This document shows, piece after piece, positions 25,161 to 33,445 of a stretch of DNA of 64,000 bases; positions within the stretch are counted from its first letter, which is position 1; every line of letters begins with the position of its first letter. The stretch is from Acidimicrobiales bacterium. Lineage in GTDB: Bacteria; Actinomycetota; Acidimicrobiia; Acidimicrobiales; VFJN01. Location of the stretch: the NCBI GenBank assembly GCA_035641315.1, contig DASQUK010000057.1, positions 1,268-65,267 of the forward strand. The letters are read 5' to 3'. The position numbers and the translations under genes were made by a program. The notes beneath the pieces are model-generated. The model was not told where the DNA came from. It made no database searches and worked only from the letters and a program-made list of their open reading frames with translations.

Positions 25161-25199
25161 GAGAAAGAAGAAGGCCGCCGGGGTGTCCCGGCGGCCTTC
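25161..25199 (-). terminator. Intrinsic terminator between the upstream small ORF and whiB7 (candidate attenuator)
   Basis: Minus strand reads GAAGGCCGCCGGG-ACAC-CCCGGCGGCCTTC followed by TTCTTTCTC. The 13-bp GC stem plus pyrimidine/T-rich tail lies ~90 nt upstream of the whiB7 ATG. Confidence 0.7.
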
Positions 25200-25228
25200 G
25201 GAGGTTTCGCGCTGTGCGCCTGATCTGG

Positions 25229-25438
25229 TCAGGGGAAGCGCTCCGAGAGCCGTCGGGTCGGTCGGTCGTTGGTGAACAGCCGGAAGGTGGCGGACACCGG
25301 CTTGCCGGCCGACACCTGGAGCCACGTGTGCTCGGGCATGGGCGCGGCGATGCCACCGGGGATGAGGTGAACGGCGCAGGCCACCCGGCGCGCGGCACCG
25401 GCCATCTGGCCGTTCTCTTGGTTGGTGCCGGCGTACAT
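25229..25438 (-). CDS. Small conserved-looking ORF (69 aa) in the whiB7 leader region; function unknown
   Basis: MYAGTNQENGQMAGAARRVACAVHLIPGG…. It shows strong GC3 codon bias typical of real genes here and ends 30 nt before the terminator hairpin. The track ORF start at 25516 is less likely. Confidence 0.5.
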   Translation of the reverse strand: MYAGTNQENGQMAGAARRVACAVHLIPGGIAAPMPEHTWLQVSAGKPVSATFRLFTNDRPTRRLSERFP

Positions 25439-25530
25439 GGGTCCTGGGCCGTCCTCTCGTGTCGTGGTGGGTCGAGTCAGTGGCGGAGAAGCGCCATAGG
25501 GTTTCAAGGCCACCACGCGACTCCGCCGCC

Positions 25531-25545
25531 CGTCAATGAAATATT
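25531..25545 (-). promoter_or_regulatory. AT-rich tract abutting a TTGACG -35-like hexamer (candidate WhiB7-type promoter)
   Basis: Minus strand AATATTTCA-TTGACG is the most AT-rich spot in the window. I could not assign a convincing -10. Confidence 0.3.
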
Positions 25546-25568
25546 GCGATCTGGCGCAAATCGTGTGT

Positions 25569-25593
25569 CGAACGGCAGAAACGCTGCCGTTCG
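25569..25593 (-). terminator. Hairpin downstream of the MBL-hydrolase gene
   Basis: CGAACGGCAG-CGTTT-CTGCCGTTCG (minus strand) lies 11 nt after the stop at 25604 and is followed by ACACACGATTTG. Confidence 0.55.
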
Positions 25594-25603
25594 CGACTGT
25601 GCG

Positions 25604-26722
25604 TCAGCTGGCGACCTCGTAGACGAGGTCGGGGCCCCGGTCGTCGACCGTCACGCGGCCCTGGTGCCGTAGGTGCTCGAGGTGCGCGTACGTCTCGCTC
25701 TCTGCCATCTGGCCCCAGGCCCGGGGGTGGAACACCTGCTGCGTCACCGCCTCGACGGTGGCGCGCCCGGCCGCGGCGGTGGCCTGTTGGATGGCGTCGA
25801 GGCGCTCGCGGTGATGCCGGCGGATGGCGTCGACCCGGCCCGGGAGGTCGTCGAACGGGTGCCCGTGCGCCGGCAGCGCCAACCGCACGCCCTCGAGCTC
25901 GCGCACCTTGGCCAGGCTGGCCAGGAAGTTGGCCAGCGGATCGGGTCCCGCGCCCATCCCCGACACGTGCGGCGTGATGGTGGGCAGCACGTGGTCGCCC
26001 GCCAGCAGCAGTCCCTCGGCCGGGTCGAGCAGGCACAGGTGGTCGAGCGTGTGCCCCGGCGTGTGGATCGCCACCCAGTCGCGGCCGGCCAGGCGGATCA
26101 CCTCGGCGTCATCGAGCCGTCGGCTGGGCTTGGGCGAGCGCAGCCAGCGGGGGACGAGGCGTCGGACCAACGGGTTCCGGTACCGCTGGCGGCCCCCGGG
26201 AACGAACTCGGCGTCACGCCACGGGAGCTTGGAGCCGACCGGCCCCTTGGGCGGGCGATCGCGCACGATGTCGTCGTCGGGCTCCAAGGCGTCGGGATCG
26301 CCCTCCTCGTCGGGATCGAACCAGGTGCGGAAGCTGCGGTGGGTGACGACCTCCGCACCGGACTCCGAGCGCAGCTTGTCCGCCCCGCCGAAGTGGTCGG
26401 GATGGCTGTGGGTGACGATGACCGTGTGGACGTTCCGGGGCGCGGCGCCGATCTGGCGCAGCCGGTCGCCGAGCGCCCGCCACGTGGCCGGGCCGGGCAT
26501 GCCGGGATCGACCACGGCCAGCCCCCGCTCGTCCTCCAGGGCGTAGCAGTTGACGTGGCCGAGGCCGGGCATGGAGATGGGCAGCTGCATGCGCAGGATG
26601 CCCGGCGCCACCTCGGTCACCTCCGCGTTCGCCGGCAGCGCCTCTTGGCGCGGGGGTCGAGCGGCGCGAGTACCGGGAGGCGGGGCCGGGGACGGGGCGG
26701 GTGACGCAGGGGGCGGGGTCAC
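25604..26722 (-). CDS. MBL-fold metallo-hydrolase
   Basis: …VIVTHSHPDHFGG… (HxHxDH motif) plus downstream His/Asp ligands. The Pro/Ala-rich N-terminus makes the start uncertain. Confidence 0.85.
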   Translation of the reverse strand: MTPPPASPAPSPAPPPGTRAARPPRQEALPANAEVTEVAPGILRMQLPISMPGLGHVNCYALEDERGLAVVDPGMPGPATWRALGDRLRQIGAAPRNVHTVIVTHSHPDHFGGADKLRSESGAEVVTHRSFRTWFDPDEEGDPDALEPDDDIVRDRPPKGPVGSKLPWRDAEFVPGGRQRYRNPLVRRLVPRWLRSPKPSRRLDDAEVIRLAGRDWVAIHTPGHTLDHLCLLDPAEGLLLAGDHVLPTITPHVSGMGAGPDPLANFLASLAKVRELEGVRLALPAHGHPFDDLPGRVDAIRRHHRERLDAIQQATAAAGRATVEAVTQQVFHPRAWGQMAESETYAHLEHLRHQGRVTVDDRGPDLVYEVAS

Positions 26723-26752
26723 GCCGCCACACTACTTGACCGTTGGGTCAAC

Positions 26753-27337
26753 TCAGCCAGGCGCCACCGGCGGTGGCGCCGGCGATGGGACCGTCTTGGC
26801 CCCGAAGTCACGGAACAGGTGCTCCCGGTACCACCGCAGCTCGTTCACGCTCTCGCGGATGTCGTCGAGCGCACGGTGGGTCGACTCCTTCTTCGGCGCG
26901 CCCTCGACCACCTCGGGCGCCCAGCGGAGTGCCAGCTCCTTGAGGGTGGAGACGTCGACCGAGCGGTAGTGCAGGTAGCTCTCGATCTCCGGCAGGTAGA
27001 CGGCCAGGAACCGCCGATCGGTGCCGATCGAGTTGCCGCTCAGGGGCACCGAGCGCGGCGCGGGCACGTGGGCCTTGATGAAATCGAGGGTGGCCGCGCC
27101 GGCGTCGGCCAGCGACACGGTCGAGGCTTCGATGGCGGGCAGCAATCCGCTCTTGGTGTGCATCTCGCGCACGATGTCCTCCATGGCGGCCAGCGCCTCG
27201 GCCGGTTGGTGGACCACGATGTCCGGCCCCTCCGCCACGATCTCGAGGTCGTCGTCGGTGACGAGCGTGGCGATCTCGACGATCACGTTGCGCACGGGGT
27301 CGAGGCCGGTCATCTCCAGGTCCATCCACACGAGCAC
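26753..27337 (-). CDS. orn: Oligoribonuclease
   Basis: …[13 protein letters not shown]… (DEDDh exo I), …[11 protein letters not shown]… and …[18 protein letters not shown]…. Confidence 0.92.
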   Translation of the reverse strand: MLVWMDLEMTGLDPVRNVIVEIATLVTDDDLEIVAEGPDIVVHQPAEALAAMEDIVREMHTKSGLLPAIEASTVSLADAGAATLDFIKAHVPAPRSVPLSGNSIGTDRRFLAVYLPEIESYLHYRSVDVSTLKELALRWAPEVVEGAPKKESTHRALDDIRESVNELRWYREHLFRDFGAKTVPSPAPPPVAPG

Positions 27338-27388
27338 GCCGGCAGGCTATGGCGCGGACGGGCGGGTTGCCGCCGCGACAATGGCGGC

Positions 27389-27826
27389 GTGCTGCCCATC
27401 CCCGTGGTCCGCCTGGACGTCGACCTGCCCATGCCCGACTACGCCCGGCCCGGTGACGCCGGCGCGGACCTGGTCGCGCGCGAGTCCGTGACGTTGCGGC
27501 GGCGCGGCGGCCGGGGGCTCGTGGGCACCGGCATCGCCGTCGCCATCCCCGTGGGTTATGCCGGCTTCGTGCAGCCCCGCAGCGGGTTGGCGCTGCGCCA
27601 CGGGGTCACCTGCCTCAACAGCCCGGGGCTGATCGACAGCGGCTACCGGGACGAGCTGCGCGTGCTGCTGGTCAACACCGATCCCGACGCCGACTACGAG
27701 GTGCGGCGCGGTGATCGCATCGCCCAGCTTGTGGTGCAGCGCGTCGAGCATGCGGCCTTCACCCCCGTCGACGCCCTCGACCCGTCGCCCCGCGGCACCG
27801 GCGGCTTCGGCCACACGGGGCGGTAG
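27389..27826 (+). CDS. dut: dUTP diphosphatase
   Basis: GTG start. Carries …AGADL…, …GLIDSGYRDEL… and …RGTGGFGHTGR. The track ORF from 26819 is an upstream read-through antisense to orn. Confidence 0.9.
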   Translation: MLPIPVVRLDVDLPMPDYARPGDAGADLVARESVTLRRRGGRGLVGTGIAVAIPVGYAGFVQPRSGLALRHGVTCLNSPGLIDSGYRDELRVLLVNTDPDADYEVRRGDRIAQLVVQRVEHAAFTPVDALDPSPRGTGGFGHTGR

Positions 27827-27900
27827 CGGCGCCGCACCCGCCCGCCACCCGTTCCGGCGGTGAACTCTCGCGTGTACCGCACGGAATCACCGCAGGTTCG

Positions 27901-28293
27901 TCAATCGTCGTAGTCGGCGTCGGGGTGCGCCCGCTTGTGGAGGACGATCCGGCGCCCGCCGTCGTCGAGCCGCCACGTGTCGACGCTGGCGTCTAGCACC
28001 GCCGCCGCGACGGGCGGGACGTCGCCCACCGCACCCGCGTCCTCGGTGAGATGGAGGTCGATGTGCAGGGCCTCGTCCTCCAGGTCGTAGACGATGACCA
28101 GCGTGCCGTCCCCCTCGGGGGCTGGGGCCAGCAGCGCCGCCGCCTCGCCCACGGCCAGCCGCAGCTCCTCGCCTTCGCGGTAGCTGAACCCGGCGTGGGT
28201 CGCTAGCGCCGCCGCGCCGGACCGGGCGATGCGCACGGCGGCCGACGTGGCGGGCACGGTCAGACGGATGCTGTCCCCGGTATTGCGCTCCAT
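27901..28293 (-). CDS. Anti-sigma-factor-like ATP-binding protein (RsbW/HATPase_c_2-like), tentative
   Basis: 130 aa from MERNTGDSIRLTVPATSAAVRIAR…. The length and N-terminal pattern resemble actinobacterial anti-sigma Ser kinases, but I did not confidently see a clear ATP-lid motif. Confidence 0.45.
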   Translation of the reverse strand: MERNTGDSIRLTVPATSAAVRIARSGAAALATHAGFSYREGEELRLAVGEAAALLAPAPEGDGTLVIVYDLEDEALHIDLHLTEDAGAVGDVPPVAAAVLDASVDTWRLDDGGRRIVLHKRAHPDADYDD

Positions 28294-28326
28294 GCTGCTT
28301 CCGCTCTCGGGCCACTTCGTGGCGTG

Positions 28327-28390
28327 GACCGCTCGGGCTTCGACGCTAGGTCTCTCGCTCCTGGTGCTTCGCACCGGGCCGCTCTGGCCG
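28327..28390 (+). repeat. REP-like dimer fragment
   Basis: GACCGCTCGGGCTTCGACGCTAGGTCTCTCGCTCCTGGTGCTTCGCACCGGGCCGCTCTGGCCG is collinear with the reverse complement of 47741..47815. Small hairpin GGTGC-TTC-GCACC. Confidence 0.75.
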
Positions 28391-28413
28391 TGGCGAGCCT
28401 ATTGGCCGGGTGG

Positions 28414-29388
28414 TCAGGGGCGAACCACGCCATCGGCGTCGACGTCGGTCCGCTGGCCCATGTACACGGGGTGGCGCAGCCGGCCGTCGGAGGTCCAGTC
28501 GCCGTAGGCGACCTCGACCACGATCTCGGGGCGCACCCAGTGTGCCAGCCGCGCTTGGGCCGCCGGCGGCCGGGGCTCGAACGGGCACTCCTTCTGGGCC
28601 AGTGGCGCGAGCAGCCGCCCCACCCGGTTGAGCTCGGCCCCCGTGAAGCCTGATCCCACCTTGCCGGCGTACCGCAGCGTGCGGTCGCCCGGCCCGGCGT
28701 GGTAGCCGACGAGCAGGGCACCGAGCCGTCCGGCGCGGTTGCCCTCGCCCGGCGCCCAGCCGCCAACCACCATCTCGTCGTGGCGGCGGACCTTGACCTT
28801 GATCCAGCTGCGGGTCCGCCGGCCCGGCGTGTAGACGCTGTCCGTCCGCTTGGCGACGACACCCTCGAGCCCGCGCTCCTCACACACCGCCAGCAGGGCC
28901 GGCCCGTCGTCGTAGACCTGGGCCACGTCGGTGCCTAGCGGCAGGTCGTCGGCGAGCTGGTCGAGCAGATGCCGTCGGTCGCTCCACGGCCGGTCGGTCA
29001 CGTCGTGGCCGTCGAGGCGGAGCAGGTCGAACACCACGTACGCCACCCGCACCTCCTCGGCCCGGCGGCGGGCGTCCGCCACCGAGGTCACGTGCATGCG
29101 GTGCTGCAGGCGCTCGAAGCTGGGGCGGCCCTCGTCGTCGAGCGCCACGAGCTCCCCGTCGAGCGTGGCCTCCACCGGCAGAGCGTCGGCCAGCGCACCC
29201 AGCTCGGGGAAGGCCGCCGTGCTGTCCCGTCCGTTGGCGCTCCAGGCCCGCACGCCCGCCGGCGCCACCTCGGTGACGGCGCGCATGCCGTCCCACTTCA
29301 CCTCGTAGATCCAGCCCGGACCGGTCGGCAGCGTGCCGGTCGTGGCCTTCATGGGAAGCACCGCCACCGGCGGCAGCCTAGGGACCAC
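28414..29388 (-). CDS. ATP-dependent DNA ligase (LigD ligase-domain type)
   Basis: Adenylation motif …YEVKWDGMR…, plus …VVFDLL…, …EGVVAKR… and …WIKVK…. The start is 29388 or the Met at 29352. No Ku gene was seen in the window. Confidence 0.88.
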   Translation of the reverse strand: MVPRLPPVAVLPMKATTGTLPTGPGWIYEVKWDGMRAVTEVAPAGVRAWSANGRDSTAAFPELGALADALPVEATLDGELVALDDEGRPSFERLQHRMHVTSVADARRRAEEVRVAYVVFDLLRLDGHDVTDRPWSDRRHLLDQLADDLPLGTDVAQVYDDGPALLAVCEERGLEGVVAKRTDSVYTPGRRTRSWIKVKVRRHDEMVVGGWAPGEGNRAGRLGALLVGYHAGPGDRTLRYAGKVGSGFTGAELNRVGRLLAPLAQKECPFEPRPPAAQARLAHWVRPEIVVEVAYGDWTSDGRLRHPVYMGQRTDVDADGVVRP

Positions 29389-29397
29389 CGGCCCACG

Positions 29398-30375
29398 TCA
29401 GAGAGATCGGGGCACCACCGGGAGCTTCAGCAGGTCGCCGCCCCGCACGACCTCGGCGTCGAGGGTGTGGCCGGCGACCTCGCCGGTGAGCAGCCGCTGC
29501 ATGTCGCTGATGACCTCGACCGGGTGGCCGCCGAGGGCCACCACGATGTCCTCGGGCCGCATGCCCGCCCGGGCCGCCGGGCCGCCGGTCACGACGCCGG
29601 TCACCTCGACGCCCCGGCGCCGGCCCAACCGCTCGGCCATGCGGGGCGGCAGCGCCCGGCTGCCGCCGGACAGTCCCAGCTCGGCCCGGTGGACCCGACC
29701 GTGGGCGATCAGGGCACCGATGATGCCGTTGGTGGTGGCATCGAGCGGGATGGCCATGCCCAGGCCCTGGCCGATGCCCGGCCCGACCACGGCGGTGTTG
29801 ATGCCGACGACCCGGGCGTCGCCGGTGGCCAAGGCGCCGCCGCTGTTGCCGGGATGCAGGGCGGCGTCGGTCTGGATGACGCCCTCGACGATGCGGGCCC
29901 GGCGACCGTCGATCGCCGGCAGCGAGCGGCCCACGGCGGAGACGACGCCGGCCGACACCGATCCCGCGTAGCCGAGCGGGCTGCCGACGGCGACGACCAG
30001 CTGGCCCACCCGCAGGCGGGCGGCGTCGCCCAGCTCGGCGGCCGGCAGGTCGCTCGTGGCCACCCGAACCACGGCCAGGTCGGACAGGCGGTCGGCGCCT
30101 ACGACCTCGTAGGGCAGCTCGGCGCCGTCGTGGAACACCGCCGACCCGACCCGCCCGCTCGCCACCACGTGGGCAGAGGTGAGCAGCAGCCCGTCACCAG
30201 ACAGGATCACCGCCGACCCGTTGCCCCGCCCGTGGCGCAGGCTGGCGACCGATGGCAGAAGCCGCTGGGCGACCGTGGTGACCGTGCGCGAGTAGGCGTC
30301 GAGCGCCTCGCTGTCGTCGGGCAGCGGCGGCTCGCCCGGTGGCTCGACAGCGAGACGATCGTCGAGGTCAGGCAT
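29398..30375 (-). CDS. Trypsin-like serine protease with C-terminal PDZ domain (S1C/HtrA-like), no signal peptide
   Basis: Triad contexts TSAHVV, DLAVV and GNSGGAL, with a PDZ-like C-terminus. The ATG at 30375 overlaps the upstream paralog's stop. Confidence 0.85.
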   Translation of the reverse strand: MPDLDDRLAVEPPGEPPLPDDSEALDAYSRTVTTVAQRLLPSVASLRHGRGNGSAVILSGDGLLLTSAHVVASGRVGSAVFHDGAELPYEVVGADRLSDLAVVRVATSDLPAAELGDAARLRVGQLVVAVGSPLGYAGSVSAGVVSAVGRSLPAIDGRRARIVEGVIQTDAALHPGNSGGALATGDARVVGINTAVVGPGIGQGLGMAIPLDATTNGIIGALIAHGRVHRAELGLSGGSRALPPRMAERLGRRRGVEVTGVVTGGPAARAGMRPEDIVVALGGHPVEVISDMQRLLTGEVAGHTLDAEVVRGGDLLKLPVVPRSL

Positions 30376-31288
30376 CGCCCACGTCGCTCGTCCCGTCGTC
30401 GCCCGCGTCGTCGAAGCGGGCCATGACGTCGAGCTCCTCGGTGCCCCGCACGACGTGCAGGGCCAGCGTCTCGCCATCGCCGAGGCCGTCGAGCGCGACG
30501 GCCAGGGCGTCGACGTCGGCGATGTCGGTGCCGCCCGCGGCGGTGATGAGGTCGCCCTGCCGGAGCCCGGCACGCTCCGCCGGGCTGTCGGACTCGACCG
30601 CCCTGACCAGCACGCCGTCACGCTCGGGCAGCCCCACCGCCTGGCGCATCCGCCGAGCGACGTGGGCCGGAGCGGCGCCGATGCCGAGCACGCGACGTCG
30701 AGGCTCGCGGCCGGCGGCCAGGGCGTCGACGCGCTCCTGCAGGGCCGGGCCGGCGGGTTGGGCGATGGAGAAGCCGTCGCCGAGCCGCAGGGTGGTGATG
30801 CCGAGGAGCCGTCCCTCGCCGTCGACGATGGGGCCGCCCGAGCTGCCCCGGGCCAGGGGTGCCGTGTGCTCGATGCCGCCGGGGATCAGCCGTCCCCGCG
30901 GGCCCCGGAACGAGCGGCCGGTCGCCGACACGGTGCCGACTGTTACCCGGTGGCCGTCGGGGATGTTGGCCACCGCGAACACCGGCGCCCCGAGCTCGAC
31001 GGCACCGTCGCCCCAGTCCAGTGCTGGCGCCCCGCCGGTGTCGACCGCCAGGACCACCAGGTCGGTGTCGACGTCGACGCCGACGGCCCGGCTCTGGACC
31101 GAGCGGCCGTCGGGGAAGGTGACCAGGGTCGTGCGTGCGCGCAGGTTGTGGGCGTTGGTGAGGACCAGGCCATCGCCGACCACGACGCCGCAGCCGCGTC
31201 CGCCGTGGCGGCCGATGCGGACCACCGAGGGAGTGACACGCCCGGCGACGCGGCCGATGGTGGATTGCAGGTCGTCGATCACCGTCAT
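30368..31288 (-). CDS. Trypsin-like serine protease with PDZ domain (second paralog), no signal peptide
   Basis: TNAHNL, DLVVL and GSSGGPI, with PDZ (…GVLVRAVESDSPAERAGLRQGDLI…). The ATG at 31288 is preceded by GGAGG. Confidence 0.85.
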   Translation of the reverse strand: MTVIDDLQSTIGRVAGRVTPSVVRIGRHGGRGCGVVVGDGLVLTNAHNLRARTTLVTFPDGRSVQSRAVGVDVDTDLVVLAVDTGGAPALDWGDGAVELGAPVFAVANIPDGHRVTVGTVSATGRSFRGPRGRLIPGGIEHTAPLARGSSGGPIVDGEGRLLGITTLRLGDGFSIAQPAGPALQERVDALAAGREPRRRVLGIGAAPAHVARRMRQAVGLPERDGVLVRAVESDSPAERAGLRQGDLITAAGGTDIADVDALAVALDGLGDGETLALHVVRGTEELDVMARFDDAGDDGTSDVGDA

Positions 31289-31307
31289 GGGAGCCTCCGG
31301 CTGGTTC

Positions 31308-31324
31308 TTGCTAGTGACTAGCAA
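31308..31324. promoter_or_regulatory. Perfect 8-1-8 palindrome in the protease/HxlR divergent intergenic region (candidate operator)
   Basis: TTGCTAGT-G-ACTAGCAA lies 20 nt upstream of the protease ATG and 42 nt upstream of the hxlR-like ATG. Confidence 0.55.
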
Positions 31325-31365
31325 TCTGCAAGTAACTGCTCGGCACTGTAGCGTGGCCCATCCAG

Positions 31366-31884
31366 ATGACGACCTCCGGATCGCGAAAAGGCTCGACGTC
31401 GACTTCACCGGCCTCGCCGGCATCCGGGGCTACCGCCTCCGTCCCCGAGCTGCCCGCCGCCGACGCCCTGGCCGAGGCGGCCGAGCGCATCGGCGACCGG
31501 TGGTCGCTGCAGGTGATCGCAGCACTGCTCTCCGGACCGCGCCGGTTCGGCGACCTGCTCGCCGACCTCGGCGGCATCGCCCCCAACATCCTCTCCAAGC
31601 GCCTGGCGCGCCTGGAGGCCGAGGGCTTGGTGGTGGGCGAGCCCTATTCGCGGCGGCCCGTCCGCCACGCCTACCGACTGACGGCGGCCGGTGCGGACCT
31701 GGCCGGCGCGCTGAGGATGCTCGCACAATGGGCGGCGTCGCACCGGTCCGTGCGCCACGGTGGGACCGAGTCGGGTCTGCCGACGCACAGCGCCTGCGGC
31801 ACGGCACTCGAGGCCCGGTGGTTCTGCCCCACTTGTGGTGAGGTGGTGGACAACGTGGACTCCGCCGACGTCAGCTGGGTGTAG
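31366..31884 (+). CDS. HxlR-family winged-helix regulator with C-terminal Cys/His zinc-ribbon-like tail
   Basis: …IGDRWSLQVIAALLSGPRRFGDLLADLGGIAPNILSKRLARLEAEGLV…YRLT… is the HxlR core. The tail is …HSACG…FCPTCG…. The Ser/Thr-rich N-terminus makes the start uncertain. Confidence 0.8.
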   Translation: MTTSGSRKGSTSTSPASPASGATASVPELPAADALAEAAERIGDRWSLQVIAALLSGPRRFGDLLADLGGIAPNILSKRLARLEAEGLVVGEPYSRRPVRHAYRLTAAGADLAGALRMLAQWAASHRSVRHGGTESGLPTHSACGTALEARWFCPTCGEVVDNVDSADVSWV

Positions 31885-31970
31885 TGCCTCGTCGGGCGCG
31901 GTCGATCGCCGGACGGTAGTTTCGGCCCGCCCCGGCGCGGACGACTCGCACGATCTCGAGGAGACCTTCC

Positions 31971-32888
31971 ATGTCCCAGGTCAGTCCCGGCTGGTATCCG
32001 GACCCCTCCGGACGGTTCGTCCAGCGCTACCACGACGGCACCCGCTGGACCGAGCACGTGGCCGACGCCAACGGCAACCGCGCCACCGACATGCCGGAGA
32101 CCCAGGCCCGGCCCGCCTCCTACCAACAGGGTGGCTACGGCCAGCAGGGACCGGAGCGGCGTTACGACCGGCAGGCCGGCGGCGGCTGGGACCCACGCCA
32201 CGTCGGCGAGGCGGCGGGTGCCTGGCCGGCTGCCACCCAGGCTCCTGGCCCCACCGGTGTCGGCAGCCGGCCGCCTGCGGGAGCGGCGGGCGCCGGTCCC
32301 CGCACCGGCGCCGCGCCGGGGCACGACGTGCGCCAGGGTTACGGCCCGCAACCGGGTTACGGCCAGCCCGCCTACGGCCAACCCAACCGTGCCGACGGTG
32401 CTCCACCTTCCGCGTCGGCCGGGCGGTTCACACCGACGCTCGGGCTGATCGTCGGCGTGGTCGGCGGGCTGCTCGTGCTGCTGTCGTTGTTCGGGCTCGA
32501 CTTCCTCGAGTTCAGCTTCCCGGGCTTCAGCGAGACCATCTCGCTGGCCGACGTGGCCGGCGACTTCAACGAGGATGCGCCGTTCGCCATCGACACCTAC
32601 GCGAGCTTCGGGCGCTTCCTGGCCGTGGTCGTGATCGTGGGTGCTGTGCTGGCGCCTCTCAGGGTGATCCCCCTGTTCGAGGAGGTCCCGGTGCCGATCA
32701 TCGTGGCGGCGGTGTGCGGGGCGTTCGCGCTATGGCATGTTCTCGCCATGCTGTCCAGCGCCGAAGGCTTGGATGTGTCCCCGACGTTCGGGGCGATCCT
32801 CGGGCTGCTTGGTTATGTGGGCCTGGCGGCCGGCCCCTTCCTGAAGCAACCGCTCGGCGCAGCCGGCGCGGCCGGCGTCGAGCACTGA
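31971..32888 (+). CDS. DUF2510-domain membrane protein
   Basis: N-terminal GWYPDPSGRFVQRYHDGTRWTEHV, a Gly/Gln/Pro-rich linker, then a 4-TM C-terminal region. Confidence 0.7.
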   Translation: MSQVSPGWYPDPSGRFVQRYHDGTRWTEHVADANGNRATDMPETQARPASYQQGGYGQQGPERRYDRQAGGGWDPRHVGEAAGAWPAATQAPGPTGVGSRPPAGAAGAGPRTGAAPGHDVRQGYGPQPGYGQPAYGQPNRADGAPPSASAGRFTPTLGLIVGVVGGLLVLLSLFGLDFLEFSFPGFSETISLADVAGDFNEDAPFAIDTYASFGRFLAVVVIVGAVLAPLRVIPLFEEVPVPIIVAAVCGAFALWHVLAMLSSAEGLDVSPTFGAILGLLGYVGLAAGPFLKQPLGAAGAAGVEH

Positions 32889-32953
32889 GCGCGCTGCCGC
32901 AATGGCGCAACACCTAACCTGGTGGTGCGGGCGAGTCGCGTCGTGTGCGACTC

Positions 32954-33026
32954 GGGGGTGTAGCTCAGTTGGCAGAGCGGCCGCCTTTTAAGCGGATGCG
33001 CGAGGGTTCGAGACCCTCCACCCCCA
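32954..33026 (+). tRNA. tRNA-Lys (anticodon TTT)
   Basis: GGGGGTG-TA-GCTC-AGTTGGCA-GAGC-G-GCCGC-CTTTTAA-GCGGA-TGCGC-GAGGG-TTCGAGA-CCCTC-CACCCCC-A. No CCA is encoded. Confidence 0.9.
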
Positions 33027-33069
33027 CCGACCGTCCCACGCCCGGCACCCGGGACGTACGCTCTGCGTC

Positions 33070-33429
33070 GTGGAGCGCGACCTCGCCCGGGAGCACCTGA
33101 GCGCCGAGCACGAGCGGCTCGAGCGGCTGCGCACCTCGCTGGAGAACGACCACCTGCACGACGAGCCCGAGGACGACACCGGCTTCCGGTCGCGCCTGTA
33201 CCAACACCCGGCCGACTCGGCGAGCGACGCCTTCGAACGGGAGAAGGAGTTCTCGATCCTCGAGCAGGTGCAGGCCGAGCTGGCTGCCGTCGACCGGGCG
33301 CTGCAGCGCCTCGACGAGGGGACCTACGGCACCTGCGACGTCTGTGGCGAGTCGATCGCCGACGAACGGCTGGCGGTGATGCCGGCGGCCCGGTTCTGCG
33401 TCGGCCACCAGGGCGACGCCGAGGTCTGA
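33070..33429 (+). CDS. DksA/TraR-family C4-type zinc-finger protein
   Basis: Coiled-coil N-terminus and C-terminal …YGTCDVCGESIADERLAVMPAARFCVGH…. GTG start. Confidence 0.8.
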   Translation: MERDLAREHLSAEHERLERLRTSLENDHLHDEPEDDTGFRSRLYQHPADSASDAFEREKEFSILEQVQAELAAVDRALQRLDEGTYGTCDVCGESIADERLAVMPAARFCVGHQGDAEV

Positions 33430-33445
33430 GCGAGTCCCCCCTGGC

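Noticed and set aside
28414-29388. LigD-type ligase as part of an NHEJ or defence island
   Set aside because: No Ku, polymerase/primase or nuclease domain gene is adjacent, and the flanking genes are housekeeping. It is reported simply as a stand-alone ATP-dependent ligase.
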